Below are positions 16,447-27,406 of a DNA stretch of 64,000 bases, in pieces (within the stretch, counting starts at the first letter, position 1; each line of letters starts with the position of its first letter). The notes under the pieces are model-generated. The model searched no databases, was not told the origin of the DNA, and saw only the letters and a list, made by a program, of their open reading frames with translations. The position numbers and the translations under genes are program-made. This stretch comes from Escherichia phage vB_EcoM_DE7: sequence record OL825705.1, one strand, 5' to 3'.

Positions 16447-16508
16447 TGCCCTGCTATAAGTATTCTTCCTTTCGCTACCGAAGAGTATTTTTAGACAGGG
16501 CTTTTTTA
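16447..16508 (+). terminator. putative terminator/structured element closing the tRNA array
   Basis: GCCCTG...CAGGGC outer stem with inner hairpin, followed by TTTTTT. Confidence 0.45.
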
Positions 16509-16572
16509 CAGAGTTATACTTTATAAGAAGACTTATACAGTATGTCTCTGACGTACATTGTGGTTTCTCCTT

Positions 16573-16597
16573 GACGGTCTCTGTACCGTCTTTTTTA
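16573..16597 (+). terminator. rho-independent terminator
   Basis: GACGGT-CTCTGT-ACCGTC hairpin followed by TTTTTT. Confidence 0.65.
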
Positions 16598-16632
16598 AGG
16601 GGAAACATAATTAATTATTTGGAGAAAACATA

Positions 16633-16833
16633 ATGAGTGAGAACGTTTATAAAGAACTTTATGAAGCTAACAAAAAGCTGGAATTTATGCAGAACACTAT
16701 CATGGCAATTGCAGACAGATTATCTGTAGCAACAGGTATTGATATTCAAGAAGCGTCTATGGATGCACTTCTTGATGCTGTTGATGCTAAATTCGAAGTT
16801 AAGAAAGAAGAGACTGCTACAGACTCTGAATAA
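16633..16833 (+). CDS. hypothetical small acidic protein (66 aa) upstream of terminase
   Basis: ATG with GGAGAA RBS. Confidence 0.45.
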   Translation: MSENVYKELYEANKKLEFMQNTIMAIADRLSVATGIDIQEASMDALLDAVDAKFEVKKEETATDSE

Positions 16834-16854
16834 TTCTATTTGCGGAGGTGCTTA

Positions 16855-18456
16855 ATGGATTTAAATGCTGTTAAGCAGAAGCGAGTGGAAGATGTTAGGA
16901 AAGTCCTAGCTGGAGAGTTGGGGCTTTCTGATGAAGTAAAAGAAATTATTAAATCATTCGGTAAAGACCCCTCTAAATTCCTTCCAACTCAAATTCTGAC
17001 TTTATTAAGATACACACCAGACCAAGTTAGACTTATCTTCAAATTGATGACTGATAAGAATTATGTAGCCCCTCAACCGGGTTCTCAAGAGGTCTTTTTA
17101 AATACTAATGCTGACTTGGTTTTATATGGTGGTGCTGCTGGTGCTGGTAAAACTGCTGCATTGTTAATGGACTCTTTAAGGTTTATTGAAGACCCTAACT
17201 ATAATGCTGTATATTTTCGTAGAAATACAACACAGTTACAAGGTGGTTTATGGCCTGCTGCAAAGAAACTATTTGGTAAGTTTGGTGGGGTTCCTCACGA
17301 GCAGAAGATGACTATCACATTCCCTTCTGGGGCAACTATTAAGTTCACCTACCTAGAACTTGAAAAGCACGCTGAAGGTCATCAGGGTATTGAATACTCA
17401 GCTATCTACTTTGACGAAGGCACACACTTCTCTGCTTCACAGATTTCATACCTACAGACCCGTCTACGTTCTGGTGCTGAAGGTGATTCATACATGAAGA
17501 TTTCTATGAACCCAGATAGAGACCACTTCATTTATGATTGGGTAGAGCCATTCTTAGATGAAGAAGGTTACCCAGACCCTGAGAAATGTGGTCGTATTCG
17601 TTGGTATGTTATGAATGATGGTGTGATGGTTTCTGATTGGGAGAGAGACAAGATTCTTGAAATGTTCCCTCTTGAGATTCCTCAGACATACACCTTCATC
17701 TCTGGTACGATTGATGATAACCCAATTCTTGACTTCTTAGAGCCTAAATATCGTGGTAAGTTGGAAAACAACACACCTGTAAACGTTGCAAGACTTCGTT
17801 TCGGTAACTGGAAGGCTCGTGCAGAAGGTTCAAACTATTGGCAAAGACAATGGTGTGAGATTGTTGATTCACTACCAGAAGATGTGTTTGATGTCAGAGC
17901 ATGGGACTTAGCAGCGACTTTACCATCCGAAATTAACCCTAACCCAGACTGGACAGCGGGTGTTAAGATGGGTAAATCTAAAAAAGACGGTTGCTATTAT
18001 ATCATTGATGTAGTAAGATTTAGAGATAGACCCTCTGGAGTCGAAACACAAATTAATTTGACTGCTGAAAGTGACGGTAAGCGAACTGGTATTTTTATCC
18101 CTCAAGACCCAGGCGCTGCTGGTAAATCCTATGCAACATCCCTCATCAGGAAACTTGCCGAGAAAGGTTATCGCGCAAGAGCTAAACCAACAAATAAAGA
18201 TAAAGTTACCCGCTTTGCGGGATTTTCTGCTGCTTCTGAAGCTGGACTTGTAAAAGTCTTGAGAGGTAGTTGGAACGAAGCTTATTTCCAAGAACTTGAA
18301 GGTTTTTGTGGTGATGGCAAAACTAAAGATGACCAAGTGGATGCTACCAGTGATGCTTTCAACAGTCTTAATGAAGTTAAATTATTCAAGCCACCATCAA
18401 TGGGTGCTCACACAGACTTAGTGAGAGGAAACCCATATGAGGGGCTTAGACGTTGA
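16855..18456 (+). CDS. terL: terminase large subunit
   Basis: Walker A LYGGAAGAGKT, ATPase then nuclease-domain layout; ATG at 16855 preceded by GGAGG. Confidence 0.8.
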   Translation: MDLNAVKQKRVEDVRKVLAGELGLSDEVKEIIKSFGKDPSKFLPTQILTLLRYTPDQVRLIFKLMTDKNYVAPQPGSQEVFLNTNADLVLYGGAAGAGKTAALLMDSLRFIEDPNYNAVYFRRNTTQLQGGLWPAAKKLFGKFGGVPHEQKMTITFPSGATIKFTYLELEKHAEGHQGIEYSAIYFDEGTHFSASQISYLQTRLRSGAEGDSYMKISMNPDRDHFIYDWVEPFLDEEGYPDPEKCGRIRWYVMNDGVMVSDWERDKILEMFPLEIPQTYTFISGTIDDNPILDFLEPKYRGKLENNTPVNVARLRFGNWKARAEGSNYWQRQWCEIVDSLPEDVFDVRAWDLAATLPSEINPNPDWTAGVKMGKSKKDGCYYIIDVVRFRDRPSGVETQINLTAESDGKRTGIFIPQDPGAAGKSYATSLIRKLAEKGYRARAKPTNKDKVTRFAGFSAASEAGLVKVLRGSWNEAYFQELEGFCGDGKTKDDQVDATSDAFNSLNEVKLFKPPSMGAHTDLVRGNPYEGLRR

Positions 18457-18472
18457 TAGCTAGGTGAGAAGA

Positions 18473-19939
18473 ATGGCAGATATTACAGAAACACAAGAAA
18501 GCTTACCACCATTTAGAATGGGTGAAGTAGGTTCTTTGGGTCTGAAGGTTAAGAATGGAAGAATCTATGAAGAACCTCGTCAGGCACTAAGGTTCCCTGA
18601 AAGTATTAAAACTTTCCAATTAATGATGCGTGACCCTGCTGTAGCAGCATCTGTAAATATTATTAAGATGTTTGTCAGAAAAGTCAACTGGAGATTCGTA
18701 CCTCCAAAGGGAAAAGAGCAAGACCCTAAAATGCTTGAAAGAGCAGACTTCTTTAATTCTTTAATGGATGACATGGAGCATGATTGGGCAGATTTTATTA
18801 ACTCTGTAATGTCATTCTGCACTTATGGGTTCTGTGTTAACGAAAAGGTTTATAAGAAACGTCAGGGTAAAAAAGGAAAGTACCAGTCAAAATTTGATGA
18901 TGGTCTAATTGGGTGGGCTAAATTACCAATTAGAAACCAGTCAACACTTGATAAGTGGTATTTTGACGAAGACTTTAGAAAAGTTACTGGTGTCAGACAA
19001 AATCTAAGAAATGTTTCACATATTGCTGGAGCAATTAATCTTGGAGAAAGACCACTAACAAGAAAACTTCCACGAGCTAAATTCATGCTGTTTAAGTATG
19101 ATGATGAGTATGGTAACCCAGAAGGTCGTTCACCATTACTTAATGCTTATGTACCGTGGAAGTATAAAGTACAGATTGAAGAGTATGAAGCTGTTGGTGT
19201 TTCAAGAGACTTAGTAGGTATGCCAAAGATTGGTTTACCACCAGATTATCTGGATGAAAATGCAGAACCTGAAAAGAAAGCTTTCGTACAATACTGCAAA
19301 ACTGTTGTTAATGATATGATTGCTAACGACAGAGCAGGTTTAATCTGGCCTAGATATATCGACCCAGATACTAAAGAGGATATTTTTGAGTTCTCATTAG
19401 TTTCTAGACAGGGTGCTAAAGCATACGATACAGGCTCTATTATTGACAGATATTCTAAGCAGATTATGATGGCATTTATGTCAGATGTTCTTGCTATGGG
19501 TCAGTCAAAATATGGTTCATTCTCTCTTGCAGATTCTAAGACAAGCTTATTAGCAATGTCAGTAGATATTCTGCTGAAGCAAATTAAGAACGTAATTAAC
19601 CGTGACTTAGTTGCACAGACTTATGCTCTTAATATGTGGGATGATGAAGAACATGTGCAAATCACATATGATGATATCGAAACTCCAGACCTTGAAGCAA
19701 TTGGCTCTTATATTCAGAAGACTGTTGCAGTAGGTGCTTTGGAAGTTGACAAAGAGCTATCTAACAAACTTAGAGAGCATATTGGTCTTCCTCCTGCTGA
19801 TGAGTCTCAGCCAGTATCTGAAAAGCTTTCTCCGAATAGCCAAAGCCGTTCAGGAGATGGTTATAAGACCGCTGGAGAAGGTACTGCAAAGACACCTTCA
19901 GCGAAAGACCCAAGCACAGCAAATAAGGCAAATAAATAA
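18473..19939 (+). CDS. portal protein
   Basis: About 490 aa ORF immediately after terL, acidic/basic C-terminus; position and size typical. Confidence 0.65.
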   Translation: MADITETQESLPPFRMGEVGSLGLKVKNGRIYEEPRQALRFPESIKTFQLMMRDPAVAASVNIIKMFVRKVNWRFVPPKGKEQDPKMLERADFFNSLMDDMEHDWADFINSVMSFCTYGFCVNEKVYKKRQGKKGKYQSKFDDGLIGWAKLPIRNQSTLDKWYFDEDFRKVTGVRQNLRNVSHIAGAINLGERPLTRKLPRAKFMLFKYDDEYGNPEGRSPLLNAYVPWKYKVQIEEYEAVGVSRDLVGMPKIGLPPDYLDENAEPEKKAFVQYCKTVVNDMIANDRAGLIWPRYIDPDTKEDIFEFSLVSRQGAKAYDTGSIIDRYSKQIMMAFMSDVLAMGQSKYGSFSLADSKTSLLAMSVDILLKQIKNVINRDLVAQTYALNMWDDEEHVQITYDDIETPDLEAIGSYIQKTVAVGALEVDKELSNKLREHIGLPPADESQPVSEKLSPNSQSRSGDGYKTAGEGTAKTPSAKDPSTANKANK

Positions 19940-20439
19940 TGGCTGAAGTTATCTCTATTTCAAATGCTACACGAGTGCATTCGTATAGAGGTGTCCTTAT
20001 CATTACTGATAAGCTATCTGTAGAGGCTGGCTCAAGGGTCAGCCTTTCAGGTTATGTTAGTGATGGTGGAGTCTCTGACGTTTTCACTATTTGCAGGTTA
20101 CTTGATGCACCAATGAGTGGAAAACCGTTTATTTCAGGAAATTGTAGTGAAATTGTTAAAATTCCATTTGACAGTTCATGCCTTTTGGGTGTAAAGTTAT
20201 ATAACTGCGAGAATAAACGTATCAATGTTAATAGCATTGAAGCCGCTTTCATTACCCTCGACACTGCATTTCAATCTCCAATGACAGTTAATAAAGAAAC
20301 AAACAGACTTGAATACATTTTTTCACAAAATGATTACAAAGTACTTGTCAAAGGTAAAGTATATGATATGATTGTAAATGTGGTAGATGAATCTGGTAAC
20401 CATTCAACAGTCCTTAAACAAAAAGTAAGGTTTAATTAA
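19939..20439 (+). CDS. hypothetical head-module protein (166 aa)
   Basis: Intact ORF, start overlaps portal stop. Confidence 0.45.
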   Translation: MAEVISISNATRVHSYRGVLIITDKLSVEAGSRVSLSGYVSDGGVSDVFTICRLLDAPMSGKPFISGNCSEIVKIPFDSSCLLGVKLYNCENKRINVNSIEAAFITLDTAFQSPMTVNKETNRLEYIFSQNDYKVLVKGKVYDMIVNVVDESGNHSTVLKQKVRFN

Positions 20440-20771
20440 TGGGAACATTAACTATTGATGGTAAGAATAAAATCCTCGCCACGCTAACCCCAACGACTAT
20501 TATTTTACACAATGTAGACCCAACGGCAGACCCTACAGCAAATAAGGTTACTCAGCCAGTGGCTATTTATTTTTCTGAACCGGATAATGGCTTAATTGCC
20601 TCAGAAGACACAGTTAATATTACTGTTCCAGCTTCTGCAACGGTCTCACACTATAGCTTGTGGGATGCTAACGATAAATGCGTGGCAACTGGTGCTCTTA
20701 GCAAACCTCAATTCTTTGCTGAAGAAGGTATCTATGTTATCTCTTCAGTCTCTGTAGATTTAAACAAATAG
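20439..20771 (+). CDS. hypothetical head-module protein (110 aa)
   Basis: Intact ORF, ATGA-type overlap with upstream gene. Confidence 0.45.
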   Translation: MGTLTIDGKNKILATLTPTTIILHNVDPTADPTANKVTQPVAIYFSEPDNGLIASEDTVNITVPASATVSHYSLWDANDKCVATGALSKPQFFAEEGIYVISSVSVDLNK

Positions 20772-20782
20772 GGTGAGTAAAA

Positions 20783-22129
20783 ATGAGTTCGAATATCTTC
20801 AGACTTGCTGATAGATTATTCAACCAACCTTTACTAGCCACTGAATCATTAGCTCACTCAGCAGCAACTTATGTGAATAACAGATTGCTGGGTGATGTCC
20901 AAGCAGCAGTAAACTTTGATAAACCCAAAGGTGAAGCAAGAAGTCTTTTAAAAGTAAAAGATGACATTGCTATTATCCCTATTATGGGTGGTTTAACTCA
21001 TCGTATGACATTCATTGATGCAATGTGTACAGGTGGTCTAAGCTCTTATGAAGGTTTACGTAGAGGCTTTGACGAAGCTTTAGCAGATGAGTCAATTAAG
21101 ACTATTGTTCTGCATATTGATTCTGGTGGTGGTGAAGCTTCAGGTTGCTTTGAATTAGCACGTCACATCATGGCTTCAAGAGGCCAAAAGAAAATTATTG
21201 CTTATGTAGATGAGTTCGCTTGTTCCGCTGCATATGCTCTTGCATCTTCTGCTGAAGAAATTATCGCATCACCAGATGCAGATGTTGGCTCTATTGGTGT
21301 AATCATGGTTCATCAGGAATTAACTAAGGCATTTGAAAAGAATGGCGTAACAATTAACGTCATCAAAGCTGGTGAGTTTAAAGGTATGGGTTCACCATTC
21401 CAAGCACTTTCAGAAGAAAGCAAAGAAAGACTTCAAAAGAGAATTAATGATACCTACGCAACCTTTACAGGTTTTGTAGCTGAATCTCGTAATCTCTCTG
21501 AAGAAGCTGTAAAGAATACTGAGGCGAATGTTTATTCTGCTCAGGAAGCTCTTGAACTTGGTTTAATTAATTCAATCATGTCTCAAGATGATTTCTTAAA
21601 TTACTTACAAGGTTCTGAAGAGGCTCCTGTAAGTTTAAACGTTAACAATTCAGGTGAAGAAATGACTGAACAAGAAAAGCAAGAACTAGAAGCTTTGCGT
21701 CTTCAGGTTGCTCAAATGAAAGCTAAAGAACAGGAAGCTGCTTTGTCAGATTTGACTAATAAGATTTCTGCTTCTGCTGAAGCTTTTGGATTTGATGCAA
21801 AAGAAGCTGCAACGACTATTTTAGGTGCTGGTCTTGATAACCCTCTGAGTGTTCTGTTTATGAATGCTATGGAAGGTGCTAACCAGAAACTTAATGAAAC
21901 TATCGCATCCCATGCTTCTGCAATGGAAGAAAAAGAATCAGAGATTACCAAGCTGAAAGAAACTGCTGGTGCTGTTCTTGAACATTCCAACGCTATGGAA
22001 GAAATGGGTAATGACGGCGAAGCTGATTTGGTTGAAGAAGAAAAAGAACCAGCTAAGAATGCTTCCGAAGACACCGCTGAACAACGCAAACTGGCTCTCC
22101 AGAATGCTCTAAAATCTCTTATTAAATAA
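20783..22129 (+). CDS. prohead protease (S49/ClpP-like) fused to coiled-coil scaffold domain
   Basis: IIPIMGG...IVLHIDSGGGEASG...AYVDEFACSAAYALAS protease core; C-terminal half Ala/Glu/Lys-rich helical. Confidence 0.7.
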   Translation: MSSNIFRLADRLFNQPLLATESLAHSAATYVNNRLLGDVQAAVNFDKPKGEARSLLKVKDDIAIIPIMGGLTHRMTFIDAMCTGGLSSYEGLRRGFDEALADESIKTIVLHIDSGGGEASGCFELARHIMASRGQKKIIAYVDEFACSAAYALASSAEEIIASPDADVGSIGVIMVHQELTKAFEKNGVTINVIKAGEFKGMGSPFQALSEESKERLQKRINDTYATFTGFVAESRNLSEEAVKNTEANVYSAQEALELGLINSIMSQDDFLNYLQGSEEAPVSLNVNNSGEEMTEQEKQELEALRLQVAQMKAKEQEAALSDLTNKISASAEAFGFDAKEAATTILGAGLDNPLSVLFMNAMEGANQKLNETIASHASAMEEKESEITKLKETAGAVLEHSNAMEEMGNDGEADLVEEEKEPAKNASEDTAEQRKLALQNALKSLIK

Positions 22130-22140
22130 GGAACACAATA

Positions 22141-22518
22141 ATGGCATATGAAGGTTTTACTAAGCTAGGTAAAAGAGAACCTCTGAATGATATCATTCTT
22201 TGGGAACAGATTACCCCAACAGGTCACTCTCGTAAAGAGTACACTCCAGTTGCTTCAACAGAATACCGTGTAGGTGAAGTTCTGAAAGCAGATGGTACTA
22301 AAGTTGCAGCAGGGGAAGAAACTCAGGCTGATTCTGTATGTATCGTTAATTTTTATGCAGACCTGCAACTGTCTTACCACGGTCAGTTGAAAGTTGTTGG
22401 TATTTACCGCGACGCAGAACTGAAAGACATGCTTACTCTTGAGTCTGGTGTTAATGCTGAGAACGTCAAGAAAGCTCTGGCTGCTAAAGGTATTGATTTC
22501 GTACCAACTGGCCTGTAA
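22141..22518 (+). CDS. putative head decoration protein (125 aa)
   Basis: Small ORF between protease/scaffold and major capsid, as for lambda gpD; by position only. Confidence 0.4.
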   Translation: MAYEGFTKLGKREPLNDIILWEQITPTGHSRKEYTPVASTEYRVGEVLKADGTKVAAGEETQADSVCIVNFYADLQLSYHGQLKVVGIYRDAELKDMLTLESGVNAENVKKALAAKGIDFVPTGL

Positions 22519-22551
22519 TAACAATAATAAGACATTCTGGAGAATTTTACA

Positions 22552-23655
22552 ATGTTGACTAATTCTGAAAAAAGCAGATTTTTCCTTGCTGACCTGACTG
22601 GTGAAGTCCAGTCTATCCCAAATACTTATGGGTATATTTCCAACTTAGGTCTGTTCCGTTCAGCACCAATCACCCAAACTACTTTCCTTATGGACTTGAC
22701 TGATTGGGATGTTAGCTTGCTTGATGCAGTAGACCGTGATAGCCGTAAAGCAGAGACTAGCGCACCTGAGCGTGTTCGTCAAATCAGCTTCCCAATGATG
22801 TACTTCAAAGAAGTTGAAAGCATCACTCCTGATGAAATTCAGGGTGTACGTCAGCCAGGCACTGCAAACGAGCTTACTACTGAAGCTGTAGTACGTGCTA
22901 AGAAGCTGATGAAGATTCGTACCAAGTTTGATATTACTCGTGAGTTCCTGTTTATGCAAGCTCTGAAGGGTAAAGTTGTCGATGCTCGTGGTACTCTGTA
23001 CGCTGACCTGTACAAGCAGTTCGATGTTGAGAAGAAGACTGTTTACTTCGACCTTGACAACCCTAATGCTGATATCGACGCTTCTATTGAAGAACTGCGT
23101 ATGCACATGGAAGACGAAGCGAAGACTGGCACTGTAATCAACGGTGAAGAAATTCACGTAGTTGTTGACCGTGTGTTCTTCAGCAAGCTGACTAAACATC
23201 CTAAGATTCGTGACGCTTATCTTGCACAGCAGACTCCGCTGGCTTGGCAACAGATTACTGGTTCTCTGAGAACTGGTGGTACTGACGGCGTTCAGGCTCA
23301 CATGAACACTTTCTACTACGGTGGTGTTAAGTTTGTCCAGTACAACGGTAAGTTCAAAGACAAGCGTGGTAAGGTTCACACTCTGGTGAGCATTGATGGT
23401 GCAGCAGCAACTGTTGGTGTTGGTCATGCCTTCCCTAACGTTTCTATGCTGGGTGAAGCAAACAACATCTTCGAAGTGGCTTATGGTCCATGTCCTAAGA
23501 TGGGTTACGCAAATACACTTGGTCAGGAACTGTACGTATTCGAATACGAAAAAGACCGTGACGAAGGTATTGACTTCGAAGCTCACTCTTACATGCTGCC
23601 ATACTGTACTCGTCCTCAGTTGCTGGTAGATGTTCGTGCTGACGCCAAAGACTAA
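22552..23655 (+). CDS. major capsid protein (lambda gpE-like)
   Basis: 367 aa ORF, strongly biased codon usage, position after protease/scaffold and decoration gene. Confidence 0.7.
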   Translation: MLTNSEKSRFFLADLTGEVQSIPNTYGYISNLGLFRSAPITQTTFLMDLTDWDVSLLDAVDRDSRKAETSAPERVRQISFPMMYFKEVESITPDEIQGVRQPGTANELTTEAVVRAKKLMKIRTKFDITREFLFMQALKGKVVDARGTLYADLYKQFDVEKKTVYFDLDNPNADIDASIEELRMHMEDEAKTGTVINGEEIHVVVDRVFFSKLTKHPKIRDAYLAQQTPLAWQQITGSLRTGGTDGVQAHMNTFYYGGVKFVQYNGKFKDKRGKVHTLVSIDGAAATVGVGHAFPNVSMLGEANNIFEVAYGPCPKMGYANTLGQELYVFEYEKDRDEGIDFEAHSYMLPYCTRPQLLVDVRADAKD

Positions 23656-23676
23656 TATTCTTAAGGAGGGTTATGA

Positions 23677-24126
23677 ATGTGTTATACAGGCGACCCAGCC
23701 AATAACCCTCTTGATAGAGTAAGAATCCTCTGCACAGACACCAATAATGATGAAATTCTTATTGAGCAGTCTGTGCTAGAGTGGTTCTATCTAGAATCTG
23801 GAAAGGATGAAAAGAAAGCAGCCATCAAAGCTCTTAAATATTTACTCTTTCAAGTAGCCAAGATGGGAGATGAGAAGGTTGGTGGTGTTTATTTACGTAA
23901 CTCTTCCAGATTCAAATCTCTGAAAGCTGTTTATGATGACCTTGTTAAAAGCTCTGTTTCAGGACTGCCCTATGCAGGTGGTATTAACCAGTGCGACATT
24001 GACATGCGTCGTCAGAATCCTTGCTCTGTCAAGAAATACACAGAATATGGTGATGCTGCCAGATACGAAGGCAGAGATTACTGCAACCGTGTTAATGGCG
24101 TATTTATTATCGAGCGAGATGAATAA
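23677..24126 (+). CDS. putative head-tail joining protein (149 aa)
   Basis: Position after capsid gene. Confidence 0.35.
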   Translation: MCYTGDPANNPLDRVRILCTDTNNDEILIEQSVLEWFYLESGKDEKKAAIKALKYLLFQVAKMGDEKVGGVYLRNSSRFKSLKAVYDDLVKSSVSGLPYAGGINQCDIDMRRQNPCSVKKYTEYGDAARYEGRDYCNRVNGVFIIERDE

Positions 24127-24608
24127 TGGTTAAAAGGGTTATTCACCCCGCTAGAGCAAAATTAGTCGGGGCTATGAAGAACTTGCAAACGGCTAATGCT
24201 CAAGTTGGGTATTTTCAAGAACAAGGTCAACATAGCTCTGGTTTTTCTTATCCTGCTTTAATGTATTTACAAGAAGTTATTGGGGTTCCTTCAGCTTCTG
24301 GTAAAGTATATCGTAGGTTGTTTGAAATCACTATGATGCTAAACAGACAGACCTTGTTAGAGCAGACTAAGAAGAATCTATATAAGCAACTTAGCAGTCT
24401 CAACACAGACCCTTCAAATACCTTAGAAGCATTTGCAAAGAATGCTCAAAAGGCAATTAAAAGAGGTTTTGGTAATTCTGCTATCCTCCCTCCTAACGCA
24501 CCTTCCACAGTCAAGAAAAAAGGCTTTAATGCACCTCTTGTTGAGACAGGTGACTTAAGGGAGAACCTTGCTTATAAAATTTCTACTAAGAAGGGTATTA
24601 AAAAATGA
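24126..24608 (+). CDS. putative head completion/adaptor protein (160 aa)
   Basis: Position; start overlaps upstream stop. Confidence 0.35.
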   Translation: MVKRVIHPARAKLVGAMKNLQTANAQVGYFQEQGQHSSGFSYPALMYLQEVIGVPSASGKVYRRLFEITMMLNRQTLLEQTKKNLYKQLSSLNTDPSNTLEAFAKNAQKAIKRGFGNSAILPPNAPSTVKKKGFNAPLVETGDLRENLAYKISTKKGIKK

Positions 24609-25006
24609 GACTCTTAAATAGACACAGCTTTGTAGTAAAGCGTAAAGTCTCTGAAGACGGTTATTATAATGATGATGGTGATTGGGTAGCTTCACAAAAT
24701 ATTGTAGAGGTTAACTGTAAAGGTAATATCCAGCCATATATCAAAGGTTCTGTAAAGAATGGTACACAGATTGCTTTACCGGAAGGTATTAGACTTACCG
24801 ATACAAGAATCCTGTATACTACATATAAACTTAGAACTTCAGATGATGTAGAGTGGAATGAGTCTGACATTGTTATGATTGATGGTCATGAGTATGAAGT
24901 ATTTATGACTATGGATTGGTCACAGCAATTAGCCCATACGTCCCATTATGAATATATCATTATTAGAAGGGATAAAATGAATGCAGTTAGAAACAGCAGA
25001 ACTTGA
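24605..25006 (+). CDS. putative tail completion protein (133 aa)
   Basis: Position; overlapping start/stop. Confidence 0.35.
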   Translation: MRLLNRHSFVVKRKVSEDGYYNDDGDWVASQNIVEVNCKGNIQPYIKGSVKNGTQIALPEGIRLTDTRILYTTYKLRTSDDVEWNESDIVMIDGHEYEVFMTMDWSQQLAHTSHYEYIIIRRDKMNAVRNSRT

Positions 25007-25580
25007 AAAAGGTCTAGTTAGAACCTTAGTGGATGTTATTGGTCACAGACTAGCTCGTGATAAGAATAATAGACCAAACGTAATTAGAGCTTACCCTTCT
25101 GATAACTCAAATGACAAAGGTTTAAAACCTGACCAGCCATTTATTACCGTATATTGTCAAGATGCTGCAACACCTTATGGTTGGGTTCTTGATAAGTTTG
25201 TTGAGGATGATGTAGTTTGCTACAGAATTGCTTTTCAGATTCCAGTGTTAATTATGGTGAATGGTAAAGGTGCTCACAGTATTATGCTTGAGCTTAAACA
25301 ACGATTAGAGATGAGTTCAGTCAGAGATTTAATCCTTGAAGAAACAGGAGCTACAGTACTAGACACTGGAGCAATCCCTAATGATTATACTTATCTCAAT
25401 ACAGATTTCGAAAATTCTGCACCTCTTGTTGTAACTCTTGTAAAAAACTCAGTCCTGAAAGATGAGCGTGGAAGTATTATTGAGCGTGTCATTGTTGATG
25501 GTGAGTTAGTTTATGAAGAAGGACAAGAGCCACCAGAATATATTATCCATCTAGATGTAGACTCCAAAGGGGTAAAATAA
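24981..25580 (+). CDS. putative neck/tail terminator protein (199 aa)
   Basis: Position immediately upstream of sheath gene. Confidence 0.35.
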   Translation: MQLETAELEKGLVRTLVDVIGHRLARDKNNRPNVIRAYPSDNSNDKGLKPDQPFITVYCQDAATPYGWVLDKFVEDDVVCYRIAFQIPVLIMVNGKGAHSIMLELKQRLEMSSVRDLILEETGATVLDTGAIPNDYTYLNTDFENSAPLVVTLVKNSVLKDERGSIIERVIVDGELVYEEGQEPPEYIIHLDVDSKGVK

Positions 25581-26933
25581 ATGTGGAATCCAATTGTTAA
25601 TGTAGATATTACATTGAACACCGCAGGAACTACAAGAGAAGGTTTTGGTTTACCACTATTCTTAGCTTCAACAGATAACTTTGAAGAAAGAGTACGTGGC
25701 TACACTTCCTTAACTGAAGTTGCTGAAGATTTCGATGAGAATACTGCTGCATATAAGGCTGCTAAACAACTTTGGAGTCAGACTCCTAAAGTAACTCAGC
25801 TTTATATTGGTAGACGTGCTATGCAGTACACTGTATCAATTCCTGATGCCGTTACCGAAAGTACAGACTACTCGATTACTGTAGCTGCTGGCGGTGGAAT
25901 TTCTCAACCATACCAGTATACAGCGCAAGACTCAGACACTGCTGAAGTAGTGTTGCAACAGTTTAAAACACAGATTGAAGCTGACCCAACAATCAAAGAT
26001 AAGGTTTCTGTGAACGTAACTGGTAGTGGTGCTTCTACCACAATGGTTATTACCAAAGCTGGTGATAATGACTTTGTGAAGGTAACAACTACAGCACAGA
26101 CTGTATATATCGCAAGTACAACTGCTGATACAGCATCAACTGCTCTGGCAGCTATTGAAGCTTATTCTACTGACTGGTATTTCATCGCAGCAGAAGACAG
26201 AACTCAACAGTTTGTCTTAGCAATGGCTTCTGAGATTCAGGCTCGTAAGAAAATCTTCTTCACTGCTAACTCTGATGTAGCAGCACTGCAAGGTACAGAA
26301 TTAAACAGTGCAAATGATGTTCCAGCACAGCTTGCTAAGAACATGTACACCCGTACAGTTTGCTTGTGGCATCACACAGCAGCAGAAGACTATCCAGAGA
26401 TGGCATACATTGCTTATGGTGCTCCATATGATGCAGGGTCAATTGCTTGGGGTAATGCTCAGTTAACTGGTGTAGCTGCTTCTCTGCAGCCATCTAATCA
26501 CAGACCTTTGACAAGTATTCAGAAGTCAGCTTTAGATGCACGTCACTGTAACTTTATTGACCTTGATGGTGGTGTTCCAGTGGTTCGTAGAGGGATTACT
26601 TCTGGTGGGGAATGGGTTGATATCATCCGTGGTGTTGACTGGTTAGAATCAGACCTGAAAACTTCTCTGAGAGACTTGCTAATTAACCAGAAGGGTGGTA
26701 AGATTACTTATGATGATACTGGTATTACCCGTATTCGTCAAGTCATTGAAACCTCTCTGCAAAGAGCAGTCAACAGAAACTTCCTGTCATCTTACACAGT
26801 TAATGTTCCTAAAGCCTCTCAAGTTGCTTTAGCAGACAAGAAAGCTCGTATCCTGAAAGATGTTACCTTCGCAGGTGTCTTAGCAGGTGCTATCTTGGAT
26901 GTTGACTTGAAAGGTACAGTGGCTTACGAATAA
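25581..26933 (+). CDS. tail sheath protein
   Basis: 450 aa ORF directly followed by tube, chaperone pair and tape measure (canonical contractile-tail order). Confidence 0.6.
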   Translation: MWNPIVNVDITLNTAGTTREGFGLPLFLASTDNFEERVRGYTSLTEVAEDFDENTAAYKAAKQLWSQTPKVTQLYIGRRAMQYTVSIPDAVTESTDYSITVAAGGGISQPYQYTAQDSDTAEVVLQQFKTQIEADPTIKDKVSVNVTGSGASTTMVITKAGDNDFVKVTTTAQTVYIASTTADTASTALAAIEAYSTDWYFIAAEDRTQQFVLAMASEIQARKKIFFTANSDVAALQGTELNSANDVPAQLAKNMYTRTVCLWHHTAAEDYPEMAYIAYGAPYDAGSIAWGNAQLTGVAASLQPSNHRPLTSIQKSALDARHCNFIDLDGGVPVVRRGITSGGEWVDIIRGVDWLESDLKTSLRDLLINQKGGKITYDDTGITRIRQVIETSLQRAVNRNFLSSYTVNVPKASQVALADKKARILKDVTFAGVLAGAILDVDLKGTVAYE

Positions 26934-26948
26934 TAGAGGTAAATTGGA

Positions 26949-27395
26949 ATGGCTATGTATCAGCAATATTCCCCTAAAGACGTTGTATGTAGCTGGAATG
27001 GTATTGCCATTGAAGGCTTTGCTCCAGACTCATTCTTACGTCTACAGAGAACATCACCACTTATCACACCAGTTGTTGGTGCAGGTGGTCAAGTTGCTCT
27101 GACAAGAAATGCAGACAAGACAGGTACTATTGAGATTGAGCTAATGCAGACTTCTCTCTCTAATCAGATGCTTTCTGCAATTCAAGCTAAACAAGACAAT
27201 ATGGAACTTGAAGAAGATATCTCTTCTAACTTCGTAATCTACGACCCATCAGGCTCTGTTCTGGCAACTGGTATTAACGCTTGGTTGCAGGAATTACCAC
27301 AGATTGAACTTGGTCGTGACCAGAACTCTAAAACTTGGATTTTTGGTTGTGAGAAGCTAGACTACACTTCTACAATTCCAGCGTCAAGTGTTTAA
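26949..27395 (+). CDS. tail tube protein
   Basis: 148 aa ORF after sheath; strong terminator follows. Confidence 0.55.
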   Translation: MAMYQQYSPKDVVCSWNGIAIEGFAPDSFLRLQRTSPLITPVVGAGGQVALTRNADKTGTIEIELMQTSLSNQMLSAIQAKQDNMELEEDISSNFVIYDPSGSVLATGINAWLQELPQIELGRDQNSKTWIFGCEKLDYTSTIPASSV

Positions 27396-27406
27396 TATAT
27401 CCTATA

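Noticed and set aside
22660-23586. 308-aa ORF on the minus strand
   Set aside because: It lies entirely antisense to the major capsid gene, which has strong coding signal and context; its Cys/Thr/Val-rich composition is typical of a frame shadow.
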